Part shown: in pieces, positions 61,625-64,000 of the stretch
How the letters are laid out: every line of letters starts with the position of its first letter
Numbering within the stretch: the first letter of the stretch is position 1
From: Lama guanicoe
Taxonomy: Eukaryota
Reading direction: 5' to 3'
Assembly: GCA_013239625.1 (NCBI GenBank)
Contig: MU054400.1
Coordinates: 3,783,802-3,847,801 of the forward strand
DNA length: 64,000 nt
Program-made: the position numbers and the translations under genes
Notes under the pieces: generated by a model
The model's input: only the letters and a program-made list of their open reading frames with translations
What the model was told of the DNA's origin: nothing
Databases searched by the model: none

Positions 61625-64000
61625 CTATGAACAGCAAAGAAAAAACATACAGGTTATTTCAGATGTCAGCACAGTCTGAAAAATCAGAGATTATTCAAGC
61701 ATCAAATTAAAAAAATCTGAAAAACTTTAGCAAAGATGCGAATTTGACAATCCATCTAGATAAATCACATTCTAGGTTCTGTTTTGCTTGTGGGAAAATA
61801 GAATTCTTTCACTGAATTTGATGGGTTAGAGTAAGTTAAAATCTACTCATTATCAGAGGAAGAGACAGGCAGTTTTATGAAACCAGGCAGCACCGCTAAT
61901 CGTGAAGTCTTAATGGCAGGTGGAGGGAACCACGCCCTGATTGCTGCTACTCTCAGCACTGAGCTCTCTCCTGCAGGAGCAGCTGGAGGACTTTACACAG
62001 TCAGGCACACAGAAGAGGGTGGCAGCTAGAGGTGTACAGCCAAAGGAACACCACTCCTCTTATTTGCTCTGAGAAGCTACAGAAGCTCATTGAGTCTGCC
62101 AGTGGCAACCGACTTTAAAATCAAATCAATAAATATCAGAAATCAATACAAGTTTTACATTCACAGACTCCTGACAAGTTGGGACATACTGTGACATAAC
62201 ACGGTGGAAAGTACACAGAACTTAGAAAAGGAAAAAAATCGGTCCAAATATTGATTCTGCCACTTTGCAGATCTTAACTGCTCTGTGACTTAGCTTCTTC
62301 ATTCTCAGATTGGCAGTACAGCACAGTGGCTAAGAGAACCGACTCTGGAGTGGGACATGCTTAGCTCTGAAATCCACCTCTGCCATGTACTAGCTGTTTC
62401 TGATCCTGTCTGAGCCTCTGTTTCCTCATCTGAACAACGGGGATCACAGTACCCACCTCATAGGGTTGTTGGGAGGACTGAGTGAGATAGTGTCTGTAAA
62501 GAGCTTAGCACAGTGCCTGGCACACATGTTCAAAAAATGGTCGCTACCATTATCTGCAGAGTAGGGATGATACCACCTATAACACAGGATAGTTATGAGG
62601 ATTAAATCAGAAACAAGGGAAAGCATCTGGCAGACTCGGTTGCTCTCTGCATTTTTTCATTTAGGTATATAGTTTTTTTAAATACAAGAAATCCATATAT
62701 CATCGAAACAATGTCACAACTGTAAGATGCTCATAAGAGGTAATCTAGCTCAACTCCCATGTGCTACAAGAGAAGGAACTGAAGCCCAAAGAGTCTGCGA
62801 CTTGGCAAAGGTCCCACTGCTTGTTAGTGGCGGAAGAGAACAATGTCTCCTGATGCCAGTGCAGTGCTCTTTCACCACAACATGCATTTTGACACCGTCG
62901 AGACCTCAGTTTCAGAAGGGGCAGTATGATTAATCTCTCCAGTTAGCATTAAAGTGTAAATAGAAAGAATTTAATTGGACTTTCAGGAATAGTTTTTCCT
63001 TCTAATATATACAATTTGTTTTCAATTACACTTTACTATATCAAGCTGCAAAACAAGTGGTATGGTATTTTATTAATACCATAGATTTATTCACTAAACC
63101 TCTGTAAAATAAGAGATTTTCTTAAGGTTCTGTAAAATAAGATAAAGTCATCAGGTTGGTTTACATAGCAAAACTGATTAAAAATGGAAGTTGTCTAGGT
63201 CCCAAACACTACAGTTGAGGACACAAAGAAAACCTCAGAAATGGAAAGCTCCATTAAACTTTACCTCATTATCCATAATCCTTATTCAGCATTACTAAGG
63301 ATTTTAAGCATCTCACTGAAATGACTTCATAATATCATAACATGGAACTTAAGAGACCTTTGAAATATCTAGACTAGTGATACTTAAACTGCTTTTTTTG
63401 TTACTGTTTTTATTTTTTTAATGTAGAGAACACTTTCTTTTTCAAATAAAATAAGAACAGCAGCTAGCATTTACTGAGTGCTTATCACATGCTCGGCACT
63501 GAGTTAAGCATTCTATAAACCAATGATCCTATGAGAGGGTACCATTATCACCCCCATTTGTAGGTGAGGAAACTGGGGCACAGAAAGATTAAGTTACTTG
63601 CCCAAAGACACACAGCTAGGAAGTGGAAGAGCTGGGATACATATCTCAATGTTCCAGCTCCACGGCCTGTGCTCTTAGCCACGACTGGATACCCAACCAG
63701 AAAACGGATAAAAGCGGTGTGTTCTGGTGGCAGCCGGGGTAGGGCACCACTGCCACCCTTTCCCCCTCAACTCTCAAGGATTCTAGAAAACACAACTGGA
63801 GAACATGTGATTCACCACTATCTCCTCATTTTAGGCATGAATAACCACTGGACTAGAGGAGTGACGGACTTGTCTGTGAAAAGCTGGGACTAGAATCCCG
63901 GTCTCAGAGCCATTTTGTGGATATGACTGTTATTTCACCCCAAAGGGGAAGGTCATGGAGCCAAGCACCGTTTACCCATCTAGGGCAGAATCCTATTCTT

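Noticed and set aside
1..64000. CRISPR array, operon or prokaryotic defence system
   Set aside because: The DNA is intron-rich mammalian sequence with no regularly spaced repeats and no prokaryotic gene architecture.

Overview
Mammalian genomic DNA, probably camelid: it carries three tRNA-Ala-derived Vic-1-like SINEs, and I recognised no Alu, B1 or Bov-A elements. The minus strand holds the complete 4-exon ISCA1 gene (129 aa; CpG-island promoter ~23.0-23.9 kb). Upstream of it on the same strand are the last 16 coding exons of TUT7/ZCCHC6 (955 codons plus stop); its 5' part lies beyond the window end. A disabled processed pseudogene of SLC25A6 (ANT3) lies on the plus strand at ~2.85-3.8 kb. 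The rest is intron or intergenic DNA with L1, L2, CR1/L3, MIR, LTR, Tigger1, MER2, MER5, MER20 and MER58 fragments. All splice junctions were traced by hand and are phase-consistent. The best leads are (i) a pair of cassette exons in the last TUT7 intron that keep the frame only when included together, (ii) a candidate poison exon in TUT7, and (iii) a phase-consistent chain of candidate exons downstream of ISCA1, where human has C9orf153. No prokaryote-type novel system is present. Repeat names come from recalled consensus motifs, not from a search.
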